64,000 nt of DNA, from the NCBI GenBank assembly GCA_052386335.1, contig JBQTKH010000105.1, forward strand, positions 6,368 to 70,367. The letters run 5' to 3'. Origin of the DNA: Microthrixaceae bacterium (GTDB lineage: Bacteria > Actinomycetota > Acidimicrobiia > Acidimicrobiales > VFJN01). Both the position numbers and the translations under genes were made by a program. This document shows positions 56,659-64,000 of this stretch, in pieces; within the stretch, counting starts at the first letter, position 1, and every line of letters begins with the position of its first letter. The notes under the pieces are model-generated. The model saw nothing but the letters and a program-made list of their open reading frames with translations. It was not told the origin of the DNA and did not search any database.

Positions 56659-59040
56659 ATGTCCGGCTCGGCGCGGCTCGATCCCGAGCTTGCCTCCATC
56701 CCGCTCCCCGAGCTCATGCAGTGGGCGCGGGCGGTCCGAGACGATGCCCACGGGCGGCGCGTCACGTACTCCCCGAAGGTGTTCATCCCCCTGACGATGC
56801 TCTGCCGCGACCGCTGCGGCTACTGCACGTTCGCGCAGCCCCCCGCCCGCCTCGAGTCGCCGTACCTCACCCCTGAGCAGGTCGTGGCCATCGCCACCTC
56901 TGGTGCCATGGCCGGCTGCCACGAGGCGCTGTTCACCCTCGGCGAGGGCCCCGAGGACCGCTACCCCGTCGCCGCCGAGTGGCTCGCCACGCACGGGTAC
57001 GCGAGCACCGTGGACTACCTCGCTGCGATGTGCGCACTCGTCACCGCGGAGACCGGGCTGCTGCCCCATGCCAACGCCGGGGCGTTGTCGACTGACGACC
57101 TCGCCGCGCTGCGCGCCGTCGCCCCGAGCCAGGGGATGATGATCGAGTCGCTCCGCGCCGACCTCGACTGTCACCGAGGCGCTCCCGACAAGACGCCGGA
57201 CCGTCGCCTCGCCACGCTGGAGGCCGCCGGTGCCCTCGACATCCCGTTCACGACGGGGATCCTGGTGGGGATCGGCGAGACGGTCGCCGATCGCATCGAG
57301 GCCCTGGAGGCCATCGCCGCATCCCATCGTCGCTACGGCCACGTCCAAGAGGTCATCGTCCAGAACTTCCTGCCCAAGGCCGGCACGGCGATGCACGGAG
57401 CATCTCCGTGCCCGGCCGATGACTACCTCCAGGCCATCGCGCTGGCCCGCGTGATCCTCCCGTCGGAGATCCACCTGCAGGCCCCGCCGAACCTCTCCGA
57501 CGACTTCGGGGTGCTCCTCGACGCCGGCATCGACGACTGGGGCGGTGTCTCGCCGATCACCGCGGACCACGTCAACCCTGAGCGTCCCTGGCCTGCGCTC
57601 GACCAGCTGCGCGCGGTCACCGAGGCACACGGCTTCTCACTGGCGCCGCGCCTCACGGTGTACCCCACCTATGCCCTGGACCCGGATCGCTGGCTCGACC
57701 CCCGCATGCACTTCCCGGTCCTCGACCGCAGCGATGCCGAGGGCCTCGGGCGCGACGACCCGGGCAGCGTGCTCCCTGAGCAGATCAAGGCCGCACTCGA
57801 GGCCGGAACCGGTGCCGAGGTCATCCAGATCGGTCGCCGCAACACCGCGTGGTACTCCGGCGCGCCCGTCGCCCCCGTGCCGCTGGTGCCCGGGCGCCCC
57901 AGCGACGGCTGGCACGGTCCCGTCGGTGAGGTGCTCGAGGGCGTGCTCAGCGGCCAGGAGGTCGGCGAGGACGAGATCACCACGCTCTTCTCCGCCCGCG
58001 GCACCGAGGTCGCCGCGGTCGCCCAGGTCGCCGACGAGCTGCGGCGCGCGTCGATCGGCGACGTCGTCACGTACGTGCGGAACCGCAACATCAACTACAC
58101 GAACGTCTGCACGTTCAAGTGCCGGTTCTGCGGCTTCTCGAAGGGGCCGCTGTCGCTCAACCTGCGCGGCACGCCCTACCTCCTCACCCTCGAGGACATC
58201 CAAGGCCGGGTGCTCGAGGCGGTGGCGCAGGGTGCCACCGAGGTTTGCCTGCAGGGCGGCATCCACCCGGACTTCGACGGCGACTACTACATCGACGTCG
58301 CTCGCGCTGTGCACGACGTCGCCCCCGAGATCCACATCCACGGCTTCACCGCGCTCGAGGTCACCGAGGGGGCCAAGCGCCTCGGCGAGCCGCTCGCCGA
58401 CTACCTCCGTCGCTGCATGCAGGCGGGGCTCAAGACCCTGCCGGGCACCGCCGCCGAGATCCTCGACGACCCGATCCGCGATCTGCTCTGCCCCGACAAG
58501 ATCAACAGCGAGGAGTGGTTGGAGGCCCACCGGGTGGCCCACTCCGTGGGGCTGCGCTCCAACATCACGATCATGTTCGGCGCCGTGGAGCAGCCCCGCT
58601 CCTGGGCTCGTCACATCGTTCGCACCAGGGCACTCCAGAAGGAGACCGGGGGGTTCACCGAGTTCGTGCCCCTCCCGTTCGTGCACATGGCAGCGCCGAT
58701 CTACCTCCAGCGCAAGGCGCGGCGCGGCCCGACGTTCCGAGAGGCCCTCCTCATGCACGCGGTCGGTCGGATCGCCTACCGGGGCTGGATCGACAACATC
58801 CAGGTGTCCTGGGTGAAGATGGGCCACGGGGGCGCGGTGCAGATCCTCCAAGCCGGCGCGAACGACCTCGGCGGCACGCTCATGGACGAGAACATCTCCC
58901 GCGCCGCGGGCGCCTCGCACGGCACGATGATGGACGAGGCCGGGTTCCGGGGTTGGGTGGAGCCGATCGGGCGCACGCTCGAGCAGCGCACCACGCTGTA
59001 CGGCCGGGTGCACACCGCCGACGTGGGCGGCAACGAGTAG
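56659..59040 (+). CDS. fbiC: FO synthase (7,8-didemethyl-8-hydroxy-5-deazariboflavin synthase), fused CofG-CofH
   Basis: 793-aa ORF with two radical-SAM CxxxCxxC motifs (CRDRCGYC and CTFKCRFC), one in each half. Confidence 0.93.
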   Translation: MSGSARLDPELASIPLPELMQWARAVRDDAHGRRVTYSPKVFIPLTMLCRDRCGYCTFAQPPARLESPYLTPEQVVAIATSGAMAGCHEALFTLGEGPEDRYPVAAEWLATHGYASTVDYLAAMCALVTAETGLLPHANAGALSTDDLAALRAVAPSQGMMIESLRADLDCHRGAPDKTPDRRLATLEAAGALDIPFTTGILVGIGETVADRIEALEAIAASHRRYGHVQEVIVQNFLPKAGTAMHGASPCPADDYLQAIALARVILPSEIHLQAPPNLSDDFGVLLDAGIDDWGGVSPITADHVNPERPWPALDQLRAVTEAHGFSLAPRLTVYPTYALDPDRWLDPRMHFPVLDRSDAEGLGRDDPGSVLPEQIKAALEAGTGAEVIQIGRRNTAWYSGAPVAPVPLVPGRPSDGWHGPVGEVLEGVLSGQEVGEDEITTLFSARGTEVAAVAQVADELRRASIGDVVTYVRNRNINYTNVCTFKCRFCGFSKGPLSLNLRGTPYLLTLEDIQGRVLEAVAQGATEVCLQGGIHPDFDGDYYIDVARAVHDVAPEIHIHGFTALEVTEGAKRLGEPLADYLRRCMQAGLKTLPGTAAEILDDPIRDLLCPDKINSEEWLEAHRVAHSVGLRSNITIMFGAVEQPRSWARHIVRTRALQKETGGFTEFVPLPFVHMAAPIYLQRKARRGPTFREALLMHAVGRIAYRGWIDNIQVSWVKMGHGGAVQILQAGANDLGGTLMDENISRAAGASHGTMMDEAGFRGWVEPIGRTLEQRTTLYGRVHTADVGGNE

Positions 59041-59043
59041 CGG

Positions 59044-59262
59044 TCAGGTCCACCAGGTCTCGTCGAGCTTCGCCTCGATCTCACGCACGTGCTCGCGCGT
59101 GCAGCCCTCGCACATGATCTCCACGCCACGGGGCGACGACGCCGTCGACCAGCCGAGCGGCACCGACTCCTCATCGGAGGTCCCCGCGCTCGACGCGCCG
59201 CAACGAGTGCACGACCGGGCCACGCCACGGAACCTAGCGCCGTGCCAGGCTGAGGGGGCCAT
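59044..59262 (-). CDS. small zinc-ribbon protein (hypothetical)
   Basis: CTRCG...MCEGC Cys pairs and a conserved-looking tail HVREIEAKLDETWWT. The real start may be GTG 59223 (59 aa), because ATG 59262 would overlap the divergent LOG-like start. Confidence 0.5.
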   Translation of the reverse strand: MAPSAWHGARFRGVARSCTRCGASSAGTSDEESVPLGWSTASSPRGVEIMCEGCTREHVREIEAKLDETWWT

Positions 59263-60322
59263 GACCGCTGACCCCCAGCATCACCCCGCGTCCACCCACA
59301 CGGCCGGGCGCGTCGCCGACCTCATCCAGCAGCTCCTCGACGCCTCAGGGGCCCGAGCCAACCGGGACGTGCTGCGCGACATCCTGCGCTCGGCCGCCGG
59401 CCTGGCGGGCGACGAGGCGGACCGCCTCGACCTCAAGATCACCGCGGCGGCGCTCAAGGAGATGCGCGCGGCCTTCAAGATGTTCATGCCCCTCGAGGGC
59501 ACGCCGAAGGTGACGGTGTTCGGATCGGCCCGCACCGCCCCCGACGATCCGCTGTACGACCAGGCTCGGCGGCTGGCCGCGCACCTGGCGGGGGCCGGGT
59601 GGATGGTGATCACCGGAGCCGGACCCGGGATCATGGCAGCGGCGGCCGAGGGCGCCGGTCGAGAGCAGTCGATCGGCATCAGCATCCGTCTGCCCTTCGA
59701 GGAAGCACCCAGCGACATCATCGCCGGCGACAACAAGGTCGTCGCGATGAAGTACTTCTTCACGCGCAAGCTGATGCTGATCAAGGAGTCCTCCGCCTTC
59801 GTCTGCCTGCCGGGCGGGTTCGGCACGCTCGACGAGACCTTCGAGCTGTTCACCCTGCTCCAGACCGGCAAGGCCAGTCCGGCCCCGATCGTCCTGCTCG
59901 ACATCCCCGGCGGGAGCTACTGGACCCGCTGGCGCGAGTACATCGACGCTGAGCTCGTCATCGGCGGGCTCGTGTCTCCTGAGGACCACGAGCTCTTCCT
60001 CATCACTGATGACGTCGACGCGGCCGTCGAGGAGATCAACCACTTCTGGCGGAGCTACCACTCGATTCGCTGGGCTGGCGACCAGCTCATCGTGCGACTC
60101 CGTCACGAGCCCACCGACCACGAGGTCGCCCAGCTCAACACGACCTTCGAGGACCTCCTCGTCCGAGGCTCGATCACGCGCAGCGAGCCGCTGCCCGCCG
60201 AGCTGTCGGATCGAGACCACCTCGAGCTGCCGCGGCTCGTCATGACCTACGACCCGCGCCGTGCGGGACGGCTCCGAGGGTTGATCAACGCCCTCAACGA
60301 CCTCCCCAGCGCCCAGACCTGA
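59261..60322 (+). CDS. LOG / TIGR00730-family Rossmann protein (long form)
   Basis: ATG 59261, 353 aa. Contains VTVFGSAR, ITGAGPGIMAAA and the PGGFGTLDE motif, with N- and C-terminal extensions relative to short LOG proteins. Confidence 0.8.
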   Translation: MTADPQHHPASTHTAGRVADLIQQLLDASGARANRDVLRDILRSAAGLAGDEADRLDLKITAAALKEMRAAFKMFMPLEGTPKVTVFGSARTAPDDPLYDQARRLAAHLAGAGWMVITGAGPGIMAAAAEGAGREQSIGISIRLPFEEAPSDIIAGDNKVVAMKYFFTRKLMLIKESSAFVCLPGGFGTLDETFELFTLLQTGKASPAPIVLLDIPGGSYWTRWREYIDAELVIGGLVSPEDHELFLITDDVDAAVEEINHFWRSYHSIRWAGDQLIVRLRHEPTDHEVAQLNTTFEDLLVRGSITRSEPLPAELSDRDHLELPRLVMTYDPRRAGRLRGLINALNDLPSAQT

Positions 60323-60347
60323 CGCCGAGGCACGCATCCGGATCGAC

Positions 60348-60557
60348 TCAATCGAAGTTGTCGGGCGCTCGGAGGATCCCGATGGCCTTCTCCACGGCCC
60401 GTCGAGCGCGCGCGAGGCGCCGCTCGTCGACCGGCAGCTCGTGGCCGCCAGCGTCGATCGACTCCTTGATCCGCGCGATGGCCAGATCGGCCAGCTCTTC
60501 CGAGATCGCCTCAAGTCGCCCGCGGATCTGGTCGAACTCCCCTGCCATGAGGGGCAA
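60348..60557 (-). CDS. hypothetical small helical protein
   Basis: 69-aa ORF with protein-like composition (MPLMAGEFDQIRGRLEAISEELADLAIARIKE...). No family recognised. Confidence 0.5.
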   Translation of the reverse strand: MPLMAGEFDQIRGRLEAISEELADLAIARIKESIDAGGHELPVDERRLARARRAVEKAIGILRAPDNFD

Positions 60558-60598
60558 CCCTAGGCAACTACTGTGACAAGCCCCGACCAGGAGCCGAT

Positions 60599-61330
60599 GT
60601 GCCCGAAGATCTCCATGAATGGGTCTCGTTCGAGGACCCCGATGAGGACCGAACCTGGGTGTTCGACGTGACCTTCTTGACGAGCCCGTGGACCTGCATC
60701 TACGGCCGCGGCTGCCAGGGCGTGCTCACGGGTCCTGCGGAGGAGATGGAGCAGGGCTGCTGCAGCTACGGGGCCCACTTCGTCGACGAGGACGACGAGG
60801 CCAACACCCTCGCCCACGCGGAGCGGCTCACCGATGAGCAGTGGCAGTTCCGTGACGTGGCCCGCCGCAAGGGTGGGCCCACGAAGGTGAACAAGGCCGG
60901 CGAGATCAAGAGCCGACTCGTGGACAGCGCGTGCATCTTCCTCAACCGACCCGGCTTCGAGGGCGGCATCGGCTGCGCCCTCCACAAGGGAGCCCTCGAC
61001 GCGGGTGAGCGCCCGCTCGACTGGAAGCCCGCCGTGTGCTGGCAGCTCCCGCTCCGGCTCGAGGACGCCACCGAAGAAGAGGACGGTCACGTCACCTCCA
61101 CCCTGCGCGAGTGGAAGCGGCGCGACTGGGGCGAGGGCGGCGCCGAGTTCCACTGGTGGTGCACCGAGGACCCGGAGGCCTTCGTGGACTCGAAGCCCGT
61201 GTACGAGACGTTGCGCGACGAGATCGTCGAGATGGTCGGAAAGCCCGCCCACGACCTGCTCGTCGACCACCTTCGGGCACGACACGACCACGCGCAGTAC
61301 CTTCCTCACCCGGCGCTTCGACGCCGGTGA
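60599..61330 (+). CDS. Cys-rich hypothetical protein (YkgJ-like putative Fe/Zn-chelating motifs)
   Basis: 243-aa ORF with GTG start. Contains WTCIYGRGCQGV...QGCCSYGAHF and ACIFLNRPGF..GIGCALH...PAVCWQLP. Confidence 0.7.
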   Translation: MPEDLHEWVSFEDPDEDRTWVFDVTFLTSPWTCIYGRGCQGVLTGPAEEMEQGCCSYGAHFVDEDDEANTLAHAERLTDEQWQFRDVARRKGGPTKVNKAGEIKSRLVDSACIFLNRPGFEGGIGCALHKGALDAGERPLDWKPAVCWQLPLRLEDATEEEDGHVTSTLREWKRRDWGEGGAEFHWWCTEDPEAFVDSKPVYETLRDEIVEMVGKPAHDLLVDHLRARHDHAQYLPHPALRRR

Positions 61331-61373
61331 CGATCGCGCGACCGTCGCAGGGCGACCAGCAAAGGACTCGGAC

Positions 61374-62306
61374 ATGAACTTCACTGCCGAGGAGCTGGCG
61401 TTCGCGGCCAAGCGCAACGGGCTCGCCTTCCCCGATCACGTGCTCGACCAGCTCGTGGCCGCCATCGACTCCGGCAAGCACGTCGTGCTCACCGGTCCTC
61501 CCGGCACGGGCAAGACCACCCTCGCCTACCTGGCTGCGGAAGTGGCTCAGAAGGCGATGCTCTGCACCGGCTACCTGCCCACCACCGCCACGACGGAGTG
61601 GACCACCTTCGAGACGATCGGGGGCTTCCAGCCCACCGCCGAGGGCCTGATCTTCCGGCCGGGCATGTTCGTCGATGCGATCGAGTCGGGCCGCTGGCTC
61701 GTGATCGACGAGCTCAACCGGTCGAACTTCGACCGGGCGTTCGGGCAGCTCTTCACCGTGCTGTCCGGGCAGGCGGTGATCCTGCCGTTCAAGCGCGGCG
61801 GGCGCGTCGCGCCGATCTCCCTCGTGCCCCCGGGGGTCGACGCCCCTCAGGACACCGACGCCATCAAGCTGCCCGCATCGTGGCGGATCATCGCCACGAT
61901 GAACGTCTTCGACAAGAACCTGCTCTTCGAGATGTCCTACGCGCTGATGCGGCGCTTCGCCTTCATCGAGGTGACCTGCCCGTCTGACGAGGCGTACTAC
62001 GACCTCCTCGCCGGTCCGGGCGACGTCGTGCGCGAGCTGCTCCCGCTGCGCAAGTTCCGTGACCTCGGACCGGCGGTCTACCTCGACGCGGCCAAGTACG
62101 CCGTGCGTCGCCAGGAGGACGATCCCACTCGGTCACGACTCATCTACGAGCTGTTCTACGCCTACTTCCTCCCCCAGTTCGAGGGGATCGACGACGAGCA
62201 GGCGATCGACCTCTACCACACCGTCGCACAGCATCTCGATCCTGCTGAGCAGGCCGAGGCTCGTCGCACGATCGGCGAGGTGCTCGGCACGGCCCTCGCC
62301 ATCTGA
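61374..62306 (+). CDS. McrB-like AAA+ NTPase (AAA_5 type), no N-terminal DNA-binding domain
   Basis: ATG 61374, 310 aa. Walker A GPPGTGKTT, Walker B VIDELNRSN, McrB-type signature IIATMNVFDKN (NxxD) and MRRFAFIEV. Confidence 0.8.
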   Translation: MNFTAEELAFAAKRNGLAFPDHVLDQLVAAIDSGKHVVLTGPPGTGKTTLAYLAAEVAQKAMLCTGYLPTTATTEWTTFETIGGFQPTAEGLIFRPGMFVDAIESGRWLVIDELNRSNFDRAFGQLFTVLSGQAVILPFKRGGRVAPISLVPPGVDAPQDTDAIKLPASWRIIATMNVFDKNLLFEMSYALMRRFAFIEVTCPSDEAYYDLLAGPGDVVRELLPLRKFRDLGPAVYLDAAKYAVRRQEDDPTRSRLIYELFYAYFLPQFEGIDDEQAIDLYHTVAQHLDPAEQAEARRTIGEVLGTALAI

Positions 62307-62309
62307 GCC

Positions 62310-63185
62310 ATGGAGGCGACATCCGCGGTCGAGCCCGACACCGGCACGGCCCGCGTGCTGGCGCGCCTGACTCGCCCCTACGAGCCGGTGCGAGCTGCGG
62401 GGGCACTGGTCGGACTTCCCCACCGCGCCGCGAGCATGCTCGTCGGCACCGTGGTCGCCACCTGTGACGAGACCGAAGACCTGCTCGCCGCGATGCCCCG
62501 GATCCTCCGATCTCTGGCCATCGCCACCACCGACCGCCCCGAGCGCTGCCATGGCGAGCTGCGCGGCCCGGTGCTCTGGTCCGAGACGATGTCGGCACGA
62601 TCCGCGTCAGTGGGCGATCCGGGGCTCTTCGTGTGCGCGACCACCACGAAGGCCTACGACACCGCCGAGAACCGGATCCTGAAGGCCGCCTTGGCCGTGA
62701 TCGAACGGGCCGGCCACGCCGCCACCCACGGTGTCGATCTCCACGGAGACGACCGGCTCCGTCGAGCTCGCCACAACGAGCATCAAGCTCGCCACCTGCT
62801 TGAGCACCGGGCCCTGTCGGGAGTTCCGCTCGGCCGGATCAGCAGCCGGTCGATCCGGCGCACGGCCACGGGCAGCCGTCGAGCCACCTACCGGCCCGCG
62901 ATGGCGCTGCTTGCCCGGTCCCAGGATCCGCTGCGGGCCGAGCACCTGCGAGCGCGAGCGTCGACGGCAGCCCTCGCCGACCACGATCTCCTCGCCGCCT
63001 GCCTCGACGCACTCAGCCGACGCGGCGAGGCGCCGCCCCTGCTCAACGACCGCGGCGGGCTCGTCGCCGGCCCGATCCGCTACGACCACCTCGGCGGCGT
63101 CACGATCGCGGGGCGGCACATCACCGATGGCGCGCAGATCGAGCCCGCGCTGGATCGGGCCTCAGCCCGCTCCTCGTCGCCCTGA
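62310..63185 (+). CDS. McrC-like partner protein lacking a recognisable nuclease domain
   Basis: 291-aa ORF starting 4 nt after the AAA+ gene. YDTAENRILKAALAV resembles the (D/E)TxxNRxxK helix of McrC (E. coli NEDTLANRIIKSTL). No PD-(D/E)xK-like motif and no Lys at all downstream of that helix. Confidence 0.6.
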   Translation: MEATSAVEPDTGTARVLARLTRPYEPVRAAGALVGLPHRAASMLVGTVVATCDETEDLLAAMPRILRSLAIATTDRPERCHGELRGPVLWSETMSARSASVGDPGLFVCATTTKAYDTAENRILKAALAVIERAGHAATHGVDLHGDDRLRRARHNEHQARHLLEHRALSGVPLGRISSRSIRRTATGSRRATYRPAMALLARSQDPLRAEHLRARASTAALADHDLLAACLDALSRRGEAPPLLNDRGGLVAGPIRYDHLGGVTIAGRHITDGAQIEPALDRASARSSSP

Positions 63186-63191
63186 GCGCCC

Positions 63192-63389
63192 CTAGTCGTC
63201 GTCGTCGGACGGCTCGTCGTCCAGCGCTCCGTACTTCCGGGCGATGGCCGCGTAGTCGTCGTCCTCGACATCACTGTCGGAGGGGGTGTCGTCGGGGGGC
63301 CGGATCACGTCATTGCTGAACAAGAACTCCGGACCCGACTGCTTGAGCTTGCGCGCTTCTTCGAAGCGGCGATGGCGTCCCTTCTTCAC
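63192..63389 (-). CDS. small acidic protein (hypothetical)
   Basis: GTG 63389, 65 aa: MKKGRHRRFEEARKLKQSGPEFLFSNDV...YAAIARKYGALDDEPSDDDD. The rest of the 266-aa ORF 63192..63992 is antisense to the GH13 gene and rejected. Confidence 0.45.
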   Translation of the reverse strand: MKKGRHRRFEEARKLKQSGPEFLFSNDVIRPPDDTPSDSDVEDDDYAAIARKYGALDDEPSDDDD

Positions 63390-63485
63390 GGAACGGCTCC
63401 CGAGGCTCGCAGGGGTGAAGGTGGACCGCCACCATAGCGCGGGCGACCCCCGATCGTGCACCTCGCGGACAACTAGGTTGACCGC

Positions 63486-64000
63486 GTGACGCGCGCCCGC
63501 TCCGAGGTCCCCTGGTGGCACTGCGGTGTCGTGTACCAGGTGTACCCCCGGTCCTTCGCTGATGCCGACGGGGATGGCGTCGGCGATCTCGCCGGGGTGC
63601 GGGACCACCTCGACCACCTGGCGTGGCTCGGCGTCGACGCCGTCTGGCTGTCGCCGTTCTACCGGTCCCCGATGGCCGACTTCGGCTACGACGTCGCCGA
63701 CTTCTGCGACGTCGACCCCCTCTTCGGAGACCTCGAGGGCTTCGATCGCCTCCTCGCCGACGCCCACGCCCTCGGGATCAAGGTGGTGGTCGACCTTGTC
63801 CCCAACCACACATCGGACCAGCACCCGTGGTTCCAGGCCTCCCGGAGCAGCCGGGACGACCCGAAGCGGGACTGGTACGTCTGGCACGACGGTGGCGGGC
63901 CCGACGAGCCCCCCAACAACTGGGTGGGGGCGTTCATCCAGGGTGGCCGGGCCTGGACGTGGGACGAGCCCACCGAGCAGTGGTACCTCCACCAGTTCCT
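63486..64000 (+). CDS. GH13 alpha-glucosidase / oligo-1,6-glucosidase family protein (5' part; runs off window end)
   Basis: My own translation from GTG 63486: VTRARSEVPWWHCGVVYQVYPRSFADADGDGVGDLAGVRDHLDHLAWLGVDAVWLSPFYRSPMADFGYDVADFCDVDPLFG...VVVDLVPNHTSDQHPWF. These are GH13 regions. Not in the ORF track because the frame has no stop before the window end. Confidence 0.88.
   Translation, partial: MTRARSEVPWWHCGVVYQVYPRSFADADGDGVGDLAGVRDHLDHLAWLGVDAVWLSPFYRSPMADFGYDVADFCDVDPLFGDLEGFDRLLADAHALGIKVVVDLVPNHTSDQHPWFQASRSSRDDPKRDWYVWHDGGGPDEPPNNWVGAFIQGGRAWTWDEPTEQWYLHQF

Noticed and set aside
63192-63992. 266-aa minus-strand ORF
   Set aside because: Everything upstream of about 63390 is antisense to a clear GH13 glucosidase reading frame. 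Only the 3'-terminal 65 codons (small acidic protein) were kept, with low confidence.

Overview
High-GC (roughly 70% by eye) actinobacterial chromosomal segment, densely coding with about 70 genes. I recognised no rRNA, tRNA, CRISPR array or IS element. The core of the window (25.7-48.1 kb) is a complete Pup-proteasome locus in Mycobacterium-like synteny: helY, tatC, tatA, lepB, pafC, pafB, DUF3866-like, pafA, prcA, prcB, pup, dop, arc (mpa), marP, trmI. This copy has three lineage-specific peculiarities. (1) pafA carries an in-frame TAG inside its most conserved motif. (2) A secreted LVIVD beta-propeller gene lies between pafA and prcA. (3) A three-gene islet (SRPBCC, methyltransferase, endonuclease VII) separates pup from prcBA. 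Left flank: two Liv-type ABC importers with fused LivHM permeases, a fadE pair behind a perfect KstR-type palindrome, an uncharacterised secreted/membrane gene pair, mcr, echA, an acidic DUF4193 operon, a LysM-M23 peptidase, a long ThyX-like gene, an M20 hydrolase and a quinone oxidoreductase. Right flank: a ThiS-like Ubl-ttuA-trmI tRNA T-loop modification operon coupled to small membrane proteins, ADP-forming acyl-CoA synthetase, TetR, tkt-tal-pgl (no zwf/opcA), fbiC, and a LOG-like gene. It also holds a McrB-like AAA+ / McrC-like pair that lacks both a DNA-reader and a nuclease domain, and a partial GH13 glucosidase. A 123-bp, 94%-identical direct repeat sits 7 nt after the stop codons of two consecutive plus-strand genes and brackets an MgtE-like transporter. 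Many long ORFs in the six-frame track are high-GC shadow frames and were rejected. All functional calls rest on motif recognition by eye, not on database searches.
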